Positions 1-10,445 of a stretch of DNA of 43,252 nt are shown piece after piece. Positions within the stretch are counted from its first letter, which is position 1. Each line of letters begins with the position of its first letter. The translations under genes and the position numbers were made by a program. Source of the DNA: Cyanobium sp. CTOTU6536. Its GTDB lineage: Bacteria; Cyanobacteriota; Cyanobacteriia; PCC-6307; Cyanobiaceae. Below the pieces are notes generated by a model. The model was not told where the DNA came from. It saw nothing but the letters and a program-made list of their open reading frames with translations, and made no database searches. Location of the stretch: positions 1-43,252 of the forward strand of contig DAIQNM010000002.1 of NCBI GenBank assembly GCA_036788375.1. Reading direction: 5' to 3'.

Positions 1-38
1 CTTCACCCCTGCAAGCCGAACGGGAGTCTGAGCTGCCC

Positions 39-629
39 TTGGATGCCCCGGCCAACGGCGCTGCAGGCGCCGCTGGCGACCCCGCAGCCACCGAGGAAGC
101 CATTGCCTCGTTGGCCGCCGAATCGGCTGCCGGGGCCGCCTTGGGATCCGATGCCGGGGCTGCCGACGAAACCGCTGCCCCGCTCGCGGAGTCATCGGCT
201 GCCGGGGCCGCCCAGCAGTCCGCTGCCGTGGACGCTGTGACCCCCGTTGAATCGGCAGCCGCAGTCACCGCAGAAGCCCCGCAAGCAGCCTCAGAAGAAG
301 CCCCCGAAAGCGATCCCGACACCCATCGCTTCGAGTGCCGCAGCTGCGGCTTCGTCTACGACCCGGAGGAGGGGGTGCGGAAGTTGGGCATCGAGGCCGG
401 CACTGCCTTTGCGGCGCTGGATCCGGGCAGCTTCCGCTGCCCGGTTTGCCGCAGCCGGGTCGGGGCCTTCAAGGACATCGGCCCACGCAACAAGCCCAGT
501 GGCTTCGAGGAAAACCTCAACTTCGGCTTGGGCGTGAACCGCCTCACCCCCGGCCAGAAGAATGTGCTGATCTTCGGCGGCTTCGCCCTGGCCTTTGCCT
601 TCTTCCTTTCCCTTTATTCCCTCCGCTAA
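39..629 (+). CDS. rubA: Membrane-anchored rubredoxin RubA with a long Ala/Glu-rich N-terminal extension; true start may lie upstream of the window
   Basis: FECRSCGFVYDP...FRCPVC rubredoxin Cys pairs, C-terminal TM helix (QKNVLIFGGFALAFAFFLSLYSL), canonical position before ycf48-psbEFLJ. The frame is open back to base 3. Confidence 0.93.
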   Translation: MDAPANGAAGAAGDPAATEEAIASLAAESAAGAALGSDAGAADETAAPLAESSAAGAAQQSAAVDAVTPVESAAAVTAEAPQAASEEAPESDPDTHRFECRSCGFVYDPEEGVRKLGIEAGTAFAALDPGSFRCPVCRSRVGAFKDIGPRNKPSGFEENLNFGLGVNRLTPGQKNVLIFGGFALAFAFFLSLYSLR

Positions 630-706
630 CCGGCCGCTCCAATCCGGCCGGGCCCGCGGCGGCCCCCTCTCCCCCCTGCAGACGTTCTCCTTCCTCTGAA
701 CCCGTG

Positions 707-1747
707 ATGCGCCCAACCCCCAGCCAGCCGGAGCCGGCCGCCCTCCAGCCCCTGCAGCGCCTGCTGCAGCCCCTGCTCAGCCTGATCCTGGTGGCCTGCC
801 TCGGGCTGGGCCTTTCCGGCTGCGTGGCCACCGGCCTGCCCGTGGCGGCCACAAGCCCGTGGCAGGCGGTGCCCCTGGCCACCCGCTCCAACCCCCTGGC
901 GGTGGCCTTCACCGACGCCAGCCATGGCTTCCTGGTGGGCAGCAACCGCCTCATTCTCGAAACCGAAGACGGCGGCGCCAGCTGGCAGGAGCGGGCCCTC
1001 GACCTGCCGCCGGAGGAAAACTTCCGCTTGATTAGCATCGACTTCCAGGGCGATGAGGGCTGGATCGTGGGCCAGCCGGGCCTGTTGCTCCACAGCACCG
1101 ACCGGGGCCACAACTGGAGCCGCCTCTTCCTAGACACCAAGCTTCCCGGCGAGCCCTATCTCATCAAGGCCCTCGGGCCGAAGCAGGCGGAGCTGGCCAC
1201 CAACGTGGGAGCCGTTTACCGCACCGCCGACTCCGGCAACAGCTGGCAAGCCTTGGTGAGCGACGCCGCCGGAGCCGTGCGCGACCTGCGCCGCTCCAGC
1301 GATGGTCACTATGTGAGCGTGAGCGGCCTGGGCAACTTCTTCTCCACCTGGGATCCGGGCCAGGGCACCTGGCAACAGCACCGGCGCGAGAGCAGCCAAC
1401 GGCTGCAATCAATGGGCTTCCAGCCCGATGGCTCCCTCTGGATGCTGGCCCGGGGCGCCCAGCTGCGCTTCAACCCCGATCTGGCCGATCCGGAAAGCTG
1501 GAGCAAGCCCGTGATTCCGATCACCAATGGCTACGGCTACCTCGACATGGCCTGGGATCCCCGCGGCGCCATCTGGGCGGGCGGCGGCAACGGCACCCTG
1601 CTGGTGAGCCAGGACGGCGGCAAGAGCTGGCAGAAGGACCCGGTGGGCAAGCAGCAGCCCACCAACTTCAGCCGCATCACCTTCACCCCCGATGGCAAGG
1701 GCTTCGTGCTGGGCGAACGGGGATCGCTGCTGCGCTGGGTGGGCTGA
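707..1747 (+). CDS. ycf48: Photosystem II assembly factor Ycf48 (HCF136)
   Basis: ATG at 707 within ORF 335..1747; signal peptide with lipobox LSGC; BNR/Asp-box repeats (TEDGGASW, STDRGHNW, TADSGNSW, SQDGGKSW); synteny with rubA and psbE. Confidence 0.95.
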   Translation: MRPTPSQPEPAALQPLQRLLQPLLSLILVACLGLGLSGCVATGLPVAATSPWQAVPLATRSNPLAVAFTDASHGFLVGSNRLILETEDGGASWQERALDLPPEENFRLISIDFQGDEGWIVGQPGLLLHSTDRGHNWSRLFLDTKLPGEPYLIKALGPKQAELATNVGAVYRTADSGNSWQALVSDAAGAVRDLRRSSDGHYVSVSGLGNFFSTWDPGQGTWQQHRRESSQRLQSMGFQPDGSLWMLARGAQLRFNPDLADPESWSKPVIPITNGYGYLDMAWDPRGAIWAGGGNGTLLVSQDGGKSWQKDPVGKQQPTNFSRITFTPDGKGFVLGERGSLLRWVG

Positions 1748-1855
1748 GGCCCACGGCCCCGCCCGCCAACTGCATCCCTCTGTAACCAACCCGCCGGGCA
1801 GGCCCCAGTGCCAGCAGGGCAACCCCTAGGATCGATCCGCTGAGTGCTTGTTTCC

Positions 1856-2104
1856 ATGGCTGCCGGCTCAACGGGTGAACGCCCGTTCTTCGAAATCATC
1901 ACGAGCATCCGCTACTGGGTCATCCATGCGGTCACCCTGCCTGCCATCTTCCTGGCCGGCTTCCTGTTCGTGTCCACGGGCCTGGCGTACGACGCCTTCG
2001 GTACGCCCCGGCCCGATGCCTACTTCCAGGTCCAGGAGAGCAAGGCTCCGGTGGTGAGCCAGCGCTACGAAGGCAAATCCCAGCTCGACCAGCGCCTGAA
2101 ATAA
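1856..2104 (+). CDS. psbE: Cytochrome b559 alpha subunit
   Basis: [53 protein letters not shown] is the classic PsbE sequence; ATG at 1856. Confidence 0.99.
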   Translation: MAAGSTGERPFFEIITSIRYWVIHAVTLPAIFLAGFLFVSTGLAYDAFGTPRPDAYFQVQESKAPVVSQRYEGKSQLDQRLK

Positions 2105-2107
2105 GCC

Positions 2108-2245
2108 ATGACCCAATCCTCCGCCCCCACCACGCCGCGCAATTACCCGATCTTCACGGTGCGCTGGCTCTCCATTCACGCCCTCGGCGTACCCACGGTC
2201 TTTTTCCTGGGTGCGCTGGCGGCCATGCAGTTCGTTCGCCGCTGA
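2108..2245 (+). CDS. psbF: Cytochrome b559 beta subunit (45 aa, not in ORF track)
   Basis: Translated by hand: [45 protein letters not shown]. Confidence 0.99.
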   Translation: MTQSSAPTTPRNYPIFTVRWLSIHALGVPTVFFLGALAAMQFVRR

Positions 2246-2267
2246 ATTCCGCAGCCGTTCCCCAGCC

Positions 2268-2387
2268 ATGCAACGCAACAAAAACCCCAACACCCTGCCG
2301 GTCGAACTCAACCGCACGAGTCTCTACCTGGGTCTGCTGCTGATCTTCGTGACCGGCATACTGTTCACCAGCTATTTCTTCAACTGA
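2268..2387 (+). CDS. psbL: Photosystem II protein L (39 aa, not in ORF track)
   Basis: Translated by hand: [39 protein letters not shown]. Confidence 0.99.
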   Translation: MQRNKNPNTLPVELNRTSLYLGLLLIFVTGILFTSYFFN

Positions 2388-2466
2388 ATCCTTCCCGGAT
2401 TCATCCATCACCCCCAAGGATCCCCCAAGGGATCCCAGCCCTTCTCCCTGACCACGAGGTTCCCTG

Positions 2467-2667
2467 ATGAGTGGCAAGAAATCCTCCCTCCCCGACGGCC
2501 GGATCCCGGATCGCCTGCCCGATGGCCGACCTGCCGTGGCCTGGAAAAGCCGCTGGACCGAAGGCGTCCTACCCCTCTGGCTGGTGGCCACCGCCGGCGG
2601 CATGGCCGTGCTCTTCGTGGTCGGTCTCTTCTTTTACGGCGCTTACGTGGGTGTGGGTTCCGCCTGA
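2467..2667 (+). CDS. psbJ: Photosystem II protein J (picocyanobacterial long form)
   Basis: [34 protein letters not shown]; last gene of psbEFLJ. Confidence 0.97.
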   Translation: MSGKKSSLPDGRIPDRLPDGRPAVAWKSRWTEGVLPLWLVATAGGMAVLFVVGLFFYGAYVGVGSA

Positions 2668-2700
2668 TCCAGGCCTGCCTTTCACCACCTCACACGCCGG

Positions 2701-2724
2701 GCGGTCCGCAGGGACCGCTTTTTT
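2701..2724 (+). terminator. Rho-independent terminator of the psbEFLJ operon
   Basis: GCGGTCC-gcag-GGACCGC perfect 7-bp stem followed by TTTTTT, 34 nt after the psbJ stop. Confidence 0.85.
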
Positions 2725-2753
2725 GTGGCTGCTGCTGGTCTGGAGGCCAGCCT

Positions 2754-2783
2754 CCACTCAGACCACTCAGACCACTCAGACCA
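2754..2783. repeat. Tandem 9-mer (CCACTCAGA)x3.3 overlapping the protease stop codon
   Basis: CCACTCAGA at 2754, 2763 and 2772, followed by CCA. Confidence 0.9.
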
Positions 2784-3153
2784 AAGCGTGCGGCATGTGG
2801 GGGCTGCGGGGGTCGGCCTCCAGCCGCTGTCGGGCCGGGTTGACGATCAGATCCATGTCTTCCATGGGCACGGCCCCCAGCAACACCTCATCGCCCAGCA
2901 CCAAGGCACCCACAAAGCAACAACGGCCTTCGAAATCCACCCGCAGCGGCCCCACATAGGGCACCTGCAGCATCCGGCCATCGGCCACGCTCACCTCCCG
3001 GATCGACTCCTGCTGGACCTGAAGGGCCGCCGCCAGAGCAGCCGGGATGCAGAGCATCAGGGCACCGCTATCGGCACGGGCGCTCACCGGCAGGGGATCA
3101 AGCTCGGGCCGGCGAGGGTTGCTCAGAGCGATGGTGGCGTGCACGTAACCCAT
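2776..3153 (-). CDS. Clan AA (retropepsin-like) aspartic protease, AF_0612-like family
   Basis: 125 aa; ADSGA catalytic motif, VADGR flap, VLLGAVPMEDMDL C-terminal motif. Confidence 0.85.
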   Translation of the reverse strand: MGYVHATIALSNPRRPELDPLPVSARADSGALMLCIPAALAAALQVQQESIREVSVADGRMLQVPYVGPLRVDFEGRCCFVGALVLGDEVLLGAVPMEDMDLIVNPARQRLEADPRSPHMPHALV

Positions 3154-3175
3154 GGCTGGCAGGGTAGGAGGGTGA

Positions 3176-4456
3176 TCAGAGCTGCGAGGGTGCCGCCTTG
3201 AGGCTCTCCTTCACCAGTGCCACCAGCTGCAACAAAGGCAGCTGCCGCTCCGCTGTCTCCCCCCGCAGATCCTTGAGCAACACCACCCCCTCGGCCGCCT
3301 CGGTGTCGCCGATCACGGCGGCCCAGGGGGCGCCGCTGCGGTCGGCGCGCTTGAACTGCTTGCCGAAGGCCCCGCCGCTGGCATCGCGCTCCACCACTAG
3401 GCCGGCCTGGCGACCCTGGCGGGTGAGCACAAGGGCCTGGCCCTCAGCGGCCTCACCGCGGCTGATCACATACAGATCGGGCGCCGGCACTGCCACCGCC
3501 GCCTCCCCCTGGCTGAGCAGCAGCACCAGCCGCTCCAGGCCGATCGCCCAGCCCACCGCCGCCGTGGGCGGCCCACCCAGCTGCTCCACCAGGCCGTCGT
3601 AGCGACCGCCGCCGCAGACCGTGGCCTGGGCGCCGAGCTGGTTGCTGGTGATCTCGAAGGCGGTGTGGCCGTAGTAGTCGAGGCCCCGCACCAGGCGGGG
3701 ATTGAGCACAAACGGAATCCCCAGCGACTCCAGGGCCTGGCGCACCCGGGCGAAGCGTTCGTGGCTCTCGCCCGCCAGGGCATCGGCCAGGGTGGGGGCG
3801 CCGGCCAGGAGTGCCTGGGTGCCTTGGTTCTTGGAATCGAGCACCCGCAGGGGATTGGTGCCGATGCGATTTTGGGAATCGGGATCGAGCTGGTCGTGGT
3901 GGGCCTCCAGCCAGCTCACCAGTTCGGCCCGATAGCGCTGACGATCATCCGGGGTGCCGAGGGAGTTGATCTCCAGTTCCAAGCCGCCCACGCCCAGATC
4001 GGCCAGCAGGTCCCAGGCGATCGCGATCGCCTCCGCATCACTGGTGGCATCCGCCACCCCGAGCAGCTCCACGCCGATCTGGTGGAACTGGCGTTGACGT
4101 CCGGCCTGGGGGCGCTCGTAGCGGAACATCGGCCCGCCGTACCAGAGCCGCTGCGGCCCCTGGGTCAGCAGACCGTGCTGGATGGCCGCCCGCACCACCG
4201 AGGCGGTGCCCTCCGGCCGCAGGGTGCAGCTGCGCTCGCCGCGATCGGTGAAGCTATACATCTCCTTGCCCACCACATCGGTGGCCTCGCCGATGCCGCG
4301 GGCGAACAGCTCGGTGGGCTCCAGCAGCGGCGTGCGGATCTCGGCGATGGCGGCGCGGCGGAAGTGCTCCCGGGCCGTGGCCTCAAGGTGCTGCCAGAGG
4401 GGGGTGCGCTCCGGCAGGAGATCCACCATGCCGCGCAGGCTCTGCAGGGAAGCCAC
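3176..4456 (-). CDS. hisS: Histidine--tRNA ligase
   Basis: Probable GTG start at 4456 ([15 protein letters not shown]); [31 protein letters not shown] and GGGRYDGL motifs. Confidence 0.98.
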   Translation of the reverse strand: MASLQSLRGMVDLLPERTPLWQHLEATAREHFRRAAIAEIRTPLLEPTELFARGIGEATDVVGKEMYSFTDRGERSCTLRPEGTASVVRAAIQHGLLTQGPQRLWYGGPMFRYERPQAGRQRQFHQIGVELLGVADATSDAEAIAIAWDLLADLGVGGLELEINSLGTPDDRQRYRAELVSWLEAHHDQLDPDSQNRIGTNPLRVLDSKNQGTQALLAGAPTLADALAGESHERFARVRQALESLGIPFVLNPRLVRGLDYYGHTAFEITSNQLGAQATVCGGGRYDGLVEQLGGPPTAAVGWAIGLERLVLLLSQGEAAVAVPAPDLYVISRGEAAEGQALVLTRQGRQAGLVVERDASGGAFGKQFKRADRSGAPWAAVIGDTEAAEGVVLLKDLRGETAERQLPLLQLVALVKESLKAAPSQL

Positions 4457-4505
4457 CAAGGGGGAAGGGACGCAACGACCCCCCAGTGTGCCCGGTGGCC
4501 AAGGC

Positions 4506-5531
4506 TCAGACCCCGAAATAGCCGCGATACCAGGCCGCAAACCGCTCCACACCCGCCTCGATCGGCGTGGTGGGCCTAAATCCCACCCAGGCCTCCAGGG
4601 CCGAGGTATCGGCGGCGGTGGCGGGCACATCGCCGGGCTGCATCGGCTGCAGATCGCGGATCGCTTCGCGGCCCAGGGCCTGCTCCAGCACCTCGATGAA
4701 GCGCAGCAGGGGGATGGGCTGGCTGTTGCCGATGTTGAACAGGCGGTGGGGCACCGCGGCGGTGGCCGGATTGGGGTGGAGGGGATCGAAATCGGGATCG
4801 GCGATGGCGGGTTTATCGAGGCAGCGAATCACGCCTTCGGCGATGTCGTCGATGTAGGTGAAATCCCGCTGCATCTGGCCCTGGTTGAACACCTTGATCG
4901 GCTCACCGGCCAGGATCGCCCGGGCAAACAACATCGGTGCCATGTCCGGCCGGCCCCAGGGGCCGTAGACGGTGAAAAAGCGCAGGCCCGTGGCCGGCAG
5001 ACCATAGAGATGGCTGTAGGTGTGGGCCATCAGTTCGTTGGCCTTCTTGGTGGCCGCATAGAGGCTCACCGGATGGTTCACCGGGTGCTGCTCCGAAAAC
5101 GGCATCTGGCGATTGCCGCCATAGACCGAGCTGCTGGAGGCATAGACCAGATGGGCGACGCCCTGATGGCGGCAGGACTCCAGCACCGCGCCGAAGCCCA
5201 CCAGGTTGCTCTGGATGTAGACGCTGGGATTCTCAATCGAATAGCGCACCCCCGCCTGGGCCGCCAGATGGATCACCCGATCCGTGGCCTCGGCGGCCAC
5301 CAAGGCGGAGAGGGCCCCGGCATCGGCCACATCCAGCTCGGCAAAACGAAACTGACCAGGCTGGGCGGCGGCCTCCAACCGCTCCAGGCGGGAGCGCTTC
5401 AAGACCGGGTCGTAGTAGGGATTGAGATTATCCAGCCCAACCACCCGCTCACCACGGGCGAGCAGTCGCTTGGCCACGGCGGCGCCGATGAAGCCCGCCG
5501 CACCGGTGACCAGAACGGATCCAGCCATCAA
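4506..5531 (-). CDS. NAD-dependent epimerase, UDP-glucuronate 4-epimerase type (CapI/Uge-like)
   Basis: [51 protein letters not shown] and MQPGDV motifs. Confidence 0.92.
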   Translation of the reverse strand: MMAGSVLVTGAAGFIGAAVAKRLLARGERVVGLDNLNPYYDPVLKRSRLERLEAAAQPGQFRFAELDVADAGALSALVAAEATDRVIHLAAQAGVRYSIENPSVYIQSNLVGFGAVLESCRHQGVAHLVYASSSSVYGGNRQMPFSEQHPVNHPVSLYAATKKANELMAHTYSHLYGLPATGLRFFTVYGPWGRPDMAPMLFARAILAGEPIKVFNQGQMQRDFTYIDDIAEGVIRCLDKPAIADPDFDPLHPNPATAAVPHRLFNIGNSQPIPLLRFIEVLEQALGREAIRDLQPMQPGDVPATAADTSALEAWVGFRPTTPIEAGVERFAAWYRGYFGV

Positions 5532-6466
5532 GCCTGGGCCAGGCGCTCGCGGAAGTAGGCAATCGTGGGCTCAAGGCCCTGCGCCAGGCTCACCTTCGGC
5601 TCCCAGCCCAGCTCGCGGCGAGCCAGGTCGATCACCGGCTGGCGCTGCAGCGGATCATCCTGGGGCAACGGCCGGGTGACCAGCTCCAGGGAGGGATTGA
5701 TGCGATCCCGCACCAGCTCGGCCAGCTGGCGGATCGTGAATTCGCCCGGATTGCCAATATTGATCGGGCCGGTGTGCTCACCGTTCATGAGCCGGATCAT
5801 CCCCTCGATCAGATCGTCGGCATAGCAGAAGGAACGGGTCTGGCTGCCATCGCCGTAGAGGGTGAGGGGCTCACCCTTGAGGGCCTGCACGATGAAATTG
5901 CTCACCACCCGGCCGTCATCGGGCAGCATGCGGGGCCCATAGGTGTTGAAGATGCGCATCACCCGGATCTCGGTGCCGTGCATGCGCTGGTAGTCGAAGC
6001 AGAGGGTTTCGGCGATGCGCTTGCCCTCGTCGTAGCAGGAGCGGATGCCGATCGTGTTCACGCAGCCCCTGTAGCTCTCGGGCTGGGGATGCACCTCCGG
6101 ATCGCCGTACACCTCGCTGGTGCTGGCCAACAGCAAGCGAGCCCCCACCCGCCGGGCCAGGCCCAGCATGTTGTAAGTGCCCAGGAAACTCGTCTTGGCC
6201 GTCTTGATCGGGTTGAACTGATAGTGAACTGGTGATGCGGGGCAGGCCAGATGCCAGATGCGATCCACCTCAAGGCGAATCGGATCGGTCACGTCGTGGC
6301 GAATCAGCTCAAAATCGGGATGGCCGAGCCAGTGGCGGATGTTGTCCTTGCGGCCGGTGTAGTAGTTGTCGAGGCAGATCACCTCTTCGCCGGCCTTCAT
6401 CAGCCGGTCGACCAGGTGGGAACCGAGGAAACCGGCACCGCCGGTGATCAGATTGCGGCGTGCCAT
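5528..6466 (-). CDS. UDP-glucuronate decarboxylase (UDP-xylose synthase family)
   Basis: ATG at 6466; [46 protein letters not shown] and DGRVVSNF motifs; ATGA overlap with the epimerase. Confidence 0.93.
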   Translation of the reverse strand: MARRNLITGGAGFLGSHLVDRLMKAGEEVICLDNYYTGRKDNIRHWLGHPDFELIRHDVTDPIRLEVDRIWHLACPASPVHYQFNPIKTAKTSFLGTYNMLGLARRVGARLLLASTSEVYGDPEVHPQPESYRGCVNTIGIRSCYDEGKRIAETLCFDYQRMHGTEIRVMRIFNTYGPRMLPDDGRVVSNFIVQALKGEPLTLYGDGSQTRSFCYADDLIEGMIRLMNGEHTGPINIGNPGEFTIRQLAELVRDRINPSLELVTRPLPQDDPLQRQPVIDLARRELGWEPKVSLAQGLEPTIAYFRERLAQA

Positions 6467-6467
6467 C

Positions 6468-7889
6468 TCAGCCTTCCCCCACGGTCCAGACGTTGAGGCC
6501 AGCGGCGCGGGCGGCGGCCGCATCGGCCACGGCCCGGGCGTCGAACAGCCAGGCCGGCCGACGCATCACCCCGGCAATCTGAGCCCAGTCGAGTTGGCGG
6601 TAGTCGCGCCATTCGGTGAGGATCAGCACCGCATCGGCGCCGCGGGCCGCCTCCAGCGGTGTGCCCGCCGCCAACCAGCTGCCGTCGGCCCCGATCGGCC
6701 GCGACCCCGGCGCCGCATCGGCCGCTACGGGCGAACGGTCGAGGTCGCGAGCGATCTGGGCCGAATCCACCTTGGGATCAACGATGGCCAGCTGGGCCCC
6801 CTCCTCGATCAGGTCACGGCAGATGCGGATCGCCGGCGCTTCGCGGGTGTCGTTGGTGTCGGCCTTGAAGGCGAAGCCGAGCACCGCCAGCCGCTTGCCG
6901 CTCACCGTGCCGAACAGGCTGTTGACCACCAGCCGGGCGATGCGCTGCTGCTGCCAGGTGTTCAGCCCCACAACGCTCTCCCAGTAGGAGGCCGCCTCCT
7001 CGAGGCCGTAATGGCGGCAGAGATACACCAGGTTGAGGATGTCCTTCTGGAAGCAGCTGCCGCCAAAGCCCGGTCCGGCCTGCAGAAACTTCGGCCCGAT
7101 GCGGCTGTCGGTGCCGATCGCCCGGCCCACCTCGCGCACATCGGCGCCGGTGGCTTCGCACAGGGCCGCAATGCTGTTGATCGAGGAGATCCGCTGGGCC
7201 AGGAAGGCATTGGCGGTGAGCTTGGAGAGCTCACTGCTCCAAAGGTTGGTGCGCAGGATCCGCTCCTGGGACACCCAGTGGCCATAGACGCTGGCCAAGG
7301 CATCGATGGCGGCGGGGTCTTCGCCGCCGATCAACACCCGATCGGGATCCTCCAGATCCCCGATCGCCGTGCCTTCGGCCAGGAATTCGGGGTTGGAGAG
7401 CACCGAGAAGGTCTTGCCGCCGCCACTGCCCTGGGCACCGCCGAGAATCGCCTTGACGGCCTCGGCGGTGCGCACCGGCAGGGTGCTCTTCTCCACCACG
7501 ATCGTGTGGCCCTGGGAGGCCGCCGCCACCTGGCGGGCCGAGGCCTCAATCCAGCGCAGGTCGCTGGCCTGGCCGGCCCCCACACCCCGCGTCTTGGTCG
7601 GGGTGTTCACCGAGAGAAACACCATGTCAGCGGCGGCAATGGCGCCATCCACCTCGGTGCTGAAGTGAAGGTTACGGCCGCGGGCCCGGCCCACCACCGC
7701 ATCCAGACCCGGCTCGTAGACCGGCAGCCTGGAGAGATCGGCGTCGTTCCAGGCGGCGATCCGCTCGGCGTTGAGATCCACCACCGTGACCTGAATGTCA
7801 GGACAGCGGTCGGCAATCACCGCCATGGTGGGGCCGCCCACATAGCCGGCTCCGATGCAACAGATGGAGCGGATCGGAGGGATGGTCAT
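6468..7889 (-). CDS. ugd: UDP-glucose 6-dehydrogenase
   Basis: ATG at 7889; [34 protein letters not shown] (catalytic Cys) and [11 protein letters not shown] motifs. Confidence 0.96.
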   Translation of the reverse strand: MTIPPIRSICCIGAGYVGGPTMAVIADRCPDIQVTVVDLNAERIAAWNDADLSRLPVYEPGLDAVVGRARGRNLHFSTEVDGAIAAADMVFLSVNTPTKTRGVGAGQASDLRWIEASARQVAAASQGHTIVVEKSTLPVRTAEAVKAILGGAQGSGGGKTFSVLSNPEFLAEGTAIGDLEDPDRVLIGGEDPAAIDALASVYGHWVSQERILRTNLWSSELSKLTANAFLAQRISSINSIAALCEATGADVREVGRAIGTDSRIGPKFLQAGPGFGGSCFQKDILNLVYLCRHYGLEEAASYWESVVGLNTWQQQRIARLVVNSLFGTVSGKRLAVLGFAFKADTNDTREAPAIRICRDLIEEGAQLAIVDPKVDSAQIARDLDRSPVAADAAPGSRPIGADGSWLAAGTPLEAARGADAVLILTEWRDYRQLDWAQIAGVMRRPAWLFDARAVADAAAARAAGLNVWTVGEG

Positions 7890-8028
7890 CGATGCCAATG
7901 GAGACCAGGCGAGGTTACCCCGCTCTCTGCAAAACCAGAATGGGACTTCAACGCTCCATCTCAGCAATGGCCCCAAGGCAGGATGCCCCTACCACTGACT
8001 CCGTCCGACCGTGGTGAGCGGCGAACCG

Positions 8029-9114
8029 ATGGGCACCCGCCTGCTGCTGCTGGCCGACACCACCACGACGGAGGCCCTGGGAAGCAAATTCCTGGCCGGT
8101 GCTGGCGCCGCGGACCTGGCAAGCGAGGAACTTGCTGTCGCCTACACCTCCGCCGGGGCGAGCTTCTCGCCGAGCATGGCCCGCCGGCGGGGGAAGCTTT
8201 TTTATCGCCTCGCTGATCGCCGCAGCTGGGAATGGTGGGGCTTCCAGCGCCAGCTGCTGAGCCGGATCGAGACCCTCCAACCCCGCCTCGTTCTCGTCAC
8301 CGGCATCCTGCCGTTGGCCCCATCCGTCTTCGAGGCGGTCCACCGCCAGGGCGGGCGGATCGTGAACTACCTCACCGACGACCCCTGGAACCCGATCCAC
8401 CGGCGCCGCTGCTTCCTGGCCAACCTGCCCCGCTACGACCACATCTTCAGCACCAAACAGGCTCTCCGGCAACAACTGGAGGCGGCCGGCGCCCGCAGCA
8501 CCAGTTGGCTGCCCTTTGCCTACGACCCCTCCCAGCACGCTCCTCCAGCAACCGATCCCAGCGATGCTGGGCGCTACGCCGTGGATGTGGCCTTCGTCGG
8601 CACCGGCGCTCCCGAACGACTCCCCTGGCTGGCTGCCCTCGCCGATCTGCCGGGATTGCGGCGGCGGATCTACGGCAACAGCTGGATAGGTCTGGCCTGC
8701 CCCGGCTGGCAACAGCATGGGGCCGTGACCGGCGAGGCCTACGCCCGCGCCATCCATGACGCCAAACTGGTGCTAGGGCTGCTGCGCCAAGCCAACGGCG
8801 ACCTCTCCACCGATCGTTCCTACGAAATCGGTGCAATCGGCGGTTGCGGCCTCTACAAAGACAGCGAAGAACATCGGGCCCTGCTGCCGGACTACCCCGA
8901 CGTGGGCTTCTTCAACACCCCTGCCCAGTTGCGGGAGCATACCCTGGCGATCCTGGCCGATCCCAGCCTGCAAGCCCAACTGCGCCAGCTGGGCGCAGCG
9001 GCCCTGCAGCGACCCGAGCACACCTACGCGGCACGGCTGCGAACGATCCTCGAGTGGGAGCGGGCCTCGGCCCCCGACTGCGACGCCAGGACACCAACCA
9101 GGGGTAGGCCATGA
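8029..9114 (+). CDS. Glycosyltransferase, CgeB/Glyco_trans_1_2-like
   Basis: YLTDDP, WLPFAYDP, DVAFVG...R, RSYEIGAIGG and EHTYAARL motifs typical of CgeB-like GT-B proteins; alternative GTG start at 8011. Confidence 0.8.
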   Translation: MGTRLLLLADTTTTEALGSKFLAGAGAADLASEELAVAYTSAGASFSPSMARRRGKLFYRLADRRSWEWWGFQRQLLSRIETLQPRLVLVTGILPLAPSVFEAVHRQGGRIVNYLTDDPWNPIHRRRCFLANLPRYDHIFSTKQALRQQLEAAGARSTSWLPFAYDPSQHAPPATDPSDAGRYAVDVAFVGTGAPERLPWLAALADLPGLRRRIYGNSWIGLACPGWQQHGAVTGEAYARAIHDAKLVLGLLRQANGDLSTDRSYEIGAIGGCGLYKDSEEHRALLPDYPDVGFFNTPAQLREHTLAILADPSLQAQLRQLGAAALQRPEHTYAARLRTILEWERASAPDCDARTPTRGRP

Positions 9115-10361
9115 CCAAAGAGACGCCAATGAGGATCACGCTGGTGGTGGGGGGCCGCTGGCACGCCTTCGACCTGGCTCGCGAACTCCACCAGCATGGC
9201 CACCTGCACCGCTTGATCACCAACTACCCCCGCTGGTTTGTGCGGCGCTGGGGAATCCCGCCCGAGCGCATTGTGAGCCTGCCCTTCACCTTTGGGGTGG
9301 TGCGGGCGATTTACCGGGTGGGCGGCGAAAGCCTGATGATGCGCCTCCAGTGGTGGGTCCACCGTTGGTTCGCCACCCGGGCCGCCAAGCATCTGCAGGG
9401 CAGCCAGGTGATCCACGGCTGGTCGCAGTGGAGTGAACCATCGTTGAGCTGGGCCGTGGCACGCCAGGTCCCCACGGTGCTGGAGCGCTCGTCCTCCCAC
9501 ATCCTTGAACAAAGCAGGTTGCTGCGGGAGGAACACCGCCGATTCGGACTCACCTGGACCGAAACCCATCCCCGCATTGAGGCGATGGAGCTGCGGGAAT
9601 ATGGCCTCACCACGGCCGTGGCGGTGCCGAGCCTGTTCGTGGAACGCAGTTTTCTGGCCCGTGGCTTCCCGCCCGCCAAGATCTTCCGCAATGCCTTCGG
9701 CGTTGACTTAAGCAATTTCAAGCCGGCCGAAACGCCCCCCGCTCCGCCGACCCTCAAAGGTCTGCACGTCATCTACGCCGGGACGCTTTCAGTGCGCAAG
9801 GGAATAGCCGATCTGCTGGCCGGTTTTGCCGCCGCAGACCTGGCCGATGCCCGGCTGAGCTTGCTGGGGGGAGAAACACCAGAGCTGGCCAAGCTGCTGG
9901 ATCAGCAGCCCAGCACGGTGCAACGCCTTGGCCACCGCCCCCAAACGGAACTGGTTCAGTACTACGGCCAGGCCCACTGTTTCGTGATGGCCTCGATTGA
10001 GGAGGGCATGGCTTACGTCCAGATCCAAGCCTTGGCCAGCGGTTTGCCGCTGATCTGCACCCCCAACACCGGTGGTGAGGATCTGCTCCGCCTCGGTGGA
10101 GCGACGGCGATGGACCACGGCAACGGCATTCTCGAGTTTCCAGCCGGCTGGATGGTGCCCATCCACGCCCCGCAAGCCATCGGCCACTGCCTTCAGCGCC
10201 TAGCCAAGGAACCTGGCCTCTGGGAGGCCAAGCGCCTGGCAGCCCTAGCGCTGGCGGCAAGCTCCCTGAGCTGGTCGGCCTATGGCCAGCGGGCGATTCG
10301 CCATTACCGCAGCCTGTTGACGGCCGCGCAAAACGCTGGCGATAGGCCAGATCCCAGCTGA
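9111..10361 (+). CDS. GT4 family glycosyltransferase
   Basis: YAGTLSVRKG and FVMASIEEGMAYVQIQALASGLPLI motifs; ATGA overlap with the upstream gene. Confidence 0.88.
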   Translation: MTKETPMRITLVVGGRWHAFDLARELHQHGHLHRLITNYPRWFVRRWGIPPERIVSLPFTFGVVRAIYRVGGESLMMRLQWWVHRWFATRAAKHLQGSQVIHGWSQWSEPSLSWAVARQVPTVLERSSSHILEQSRLLREEHRRFGLTWTETHPRIEAMELREYGLTTAVAVPSLFVERSFLARGFPPAKIFRNAFGVDLSNFKPAETPPAPPTLKGLHVIYAGTLSVRKGIADLLAGFAAADLADARLSLLGGETPELAKLLDQQPSTVQRLGHRPQTELVQYYGQAHCFVMASIEEGMAYVQIQALASGLPLICTPNTGGEDLLRLGGATAMDHGNGILEFPAGWMVPIHAPQAIGHCLQRLAKEPGLWEAKRLAALALAASSLSWSAYGQRAIRHYRSLLTAAQNAGDRPDPS

Positions 10362-10445
10362 AATCAGCCCAATGGCTTTCCGGCATACTGACCCCCACCT
10401 GCCAGCGGCAATCCGCTGAGCCACCCAATCTTGAGCCCGATCGCG

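Noticed and set aside
2411..2436. Short direct repeat CCCCCAAGGAT/CCCCCAAGGGAT in the psbL-psbJ spacer
   Set aside because: Two imperfect low-complexity copies; no function can be supported.
6366..8216. 616-aa + strand ORF, and similar long ORFs such as 4182..5558, 15404..16759, 23292..24644, 31441..32583, 37522..38613 and 39890..41074
   Set aside because: They are antisense shadows of well-supported genes in high-GC DNA and have no recognisable motifs.
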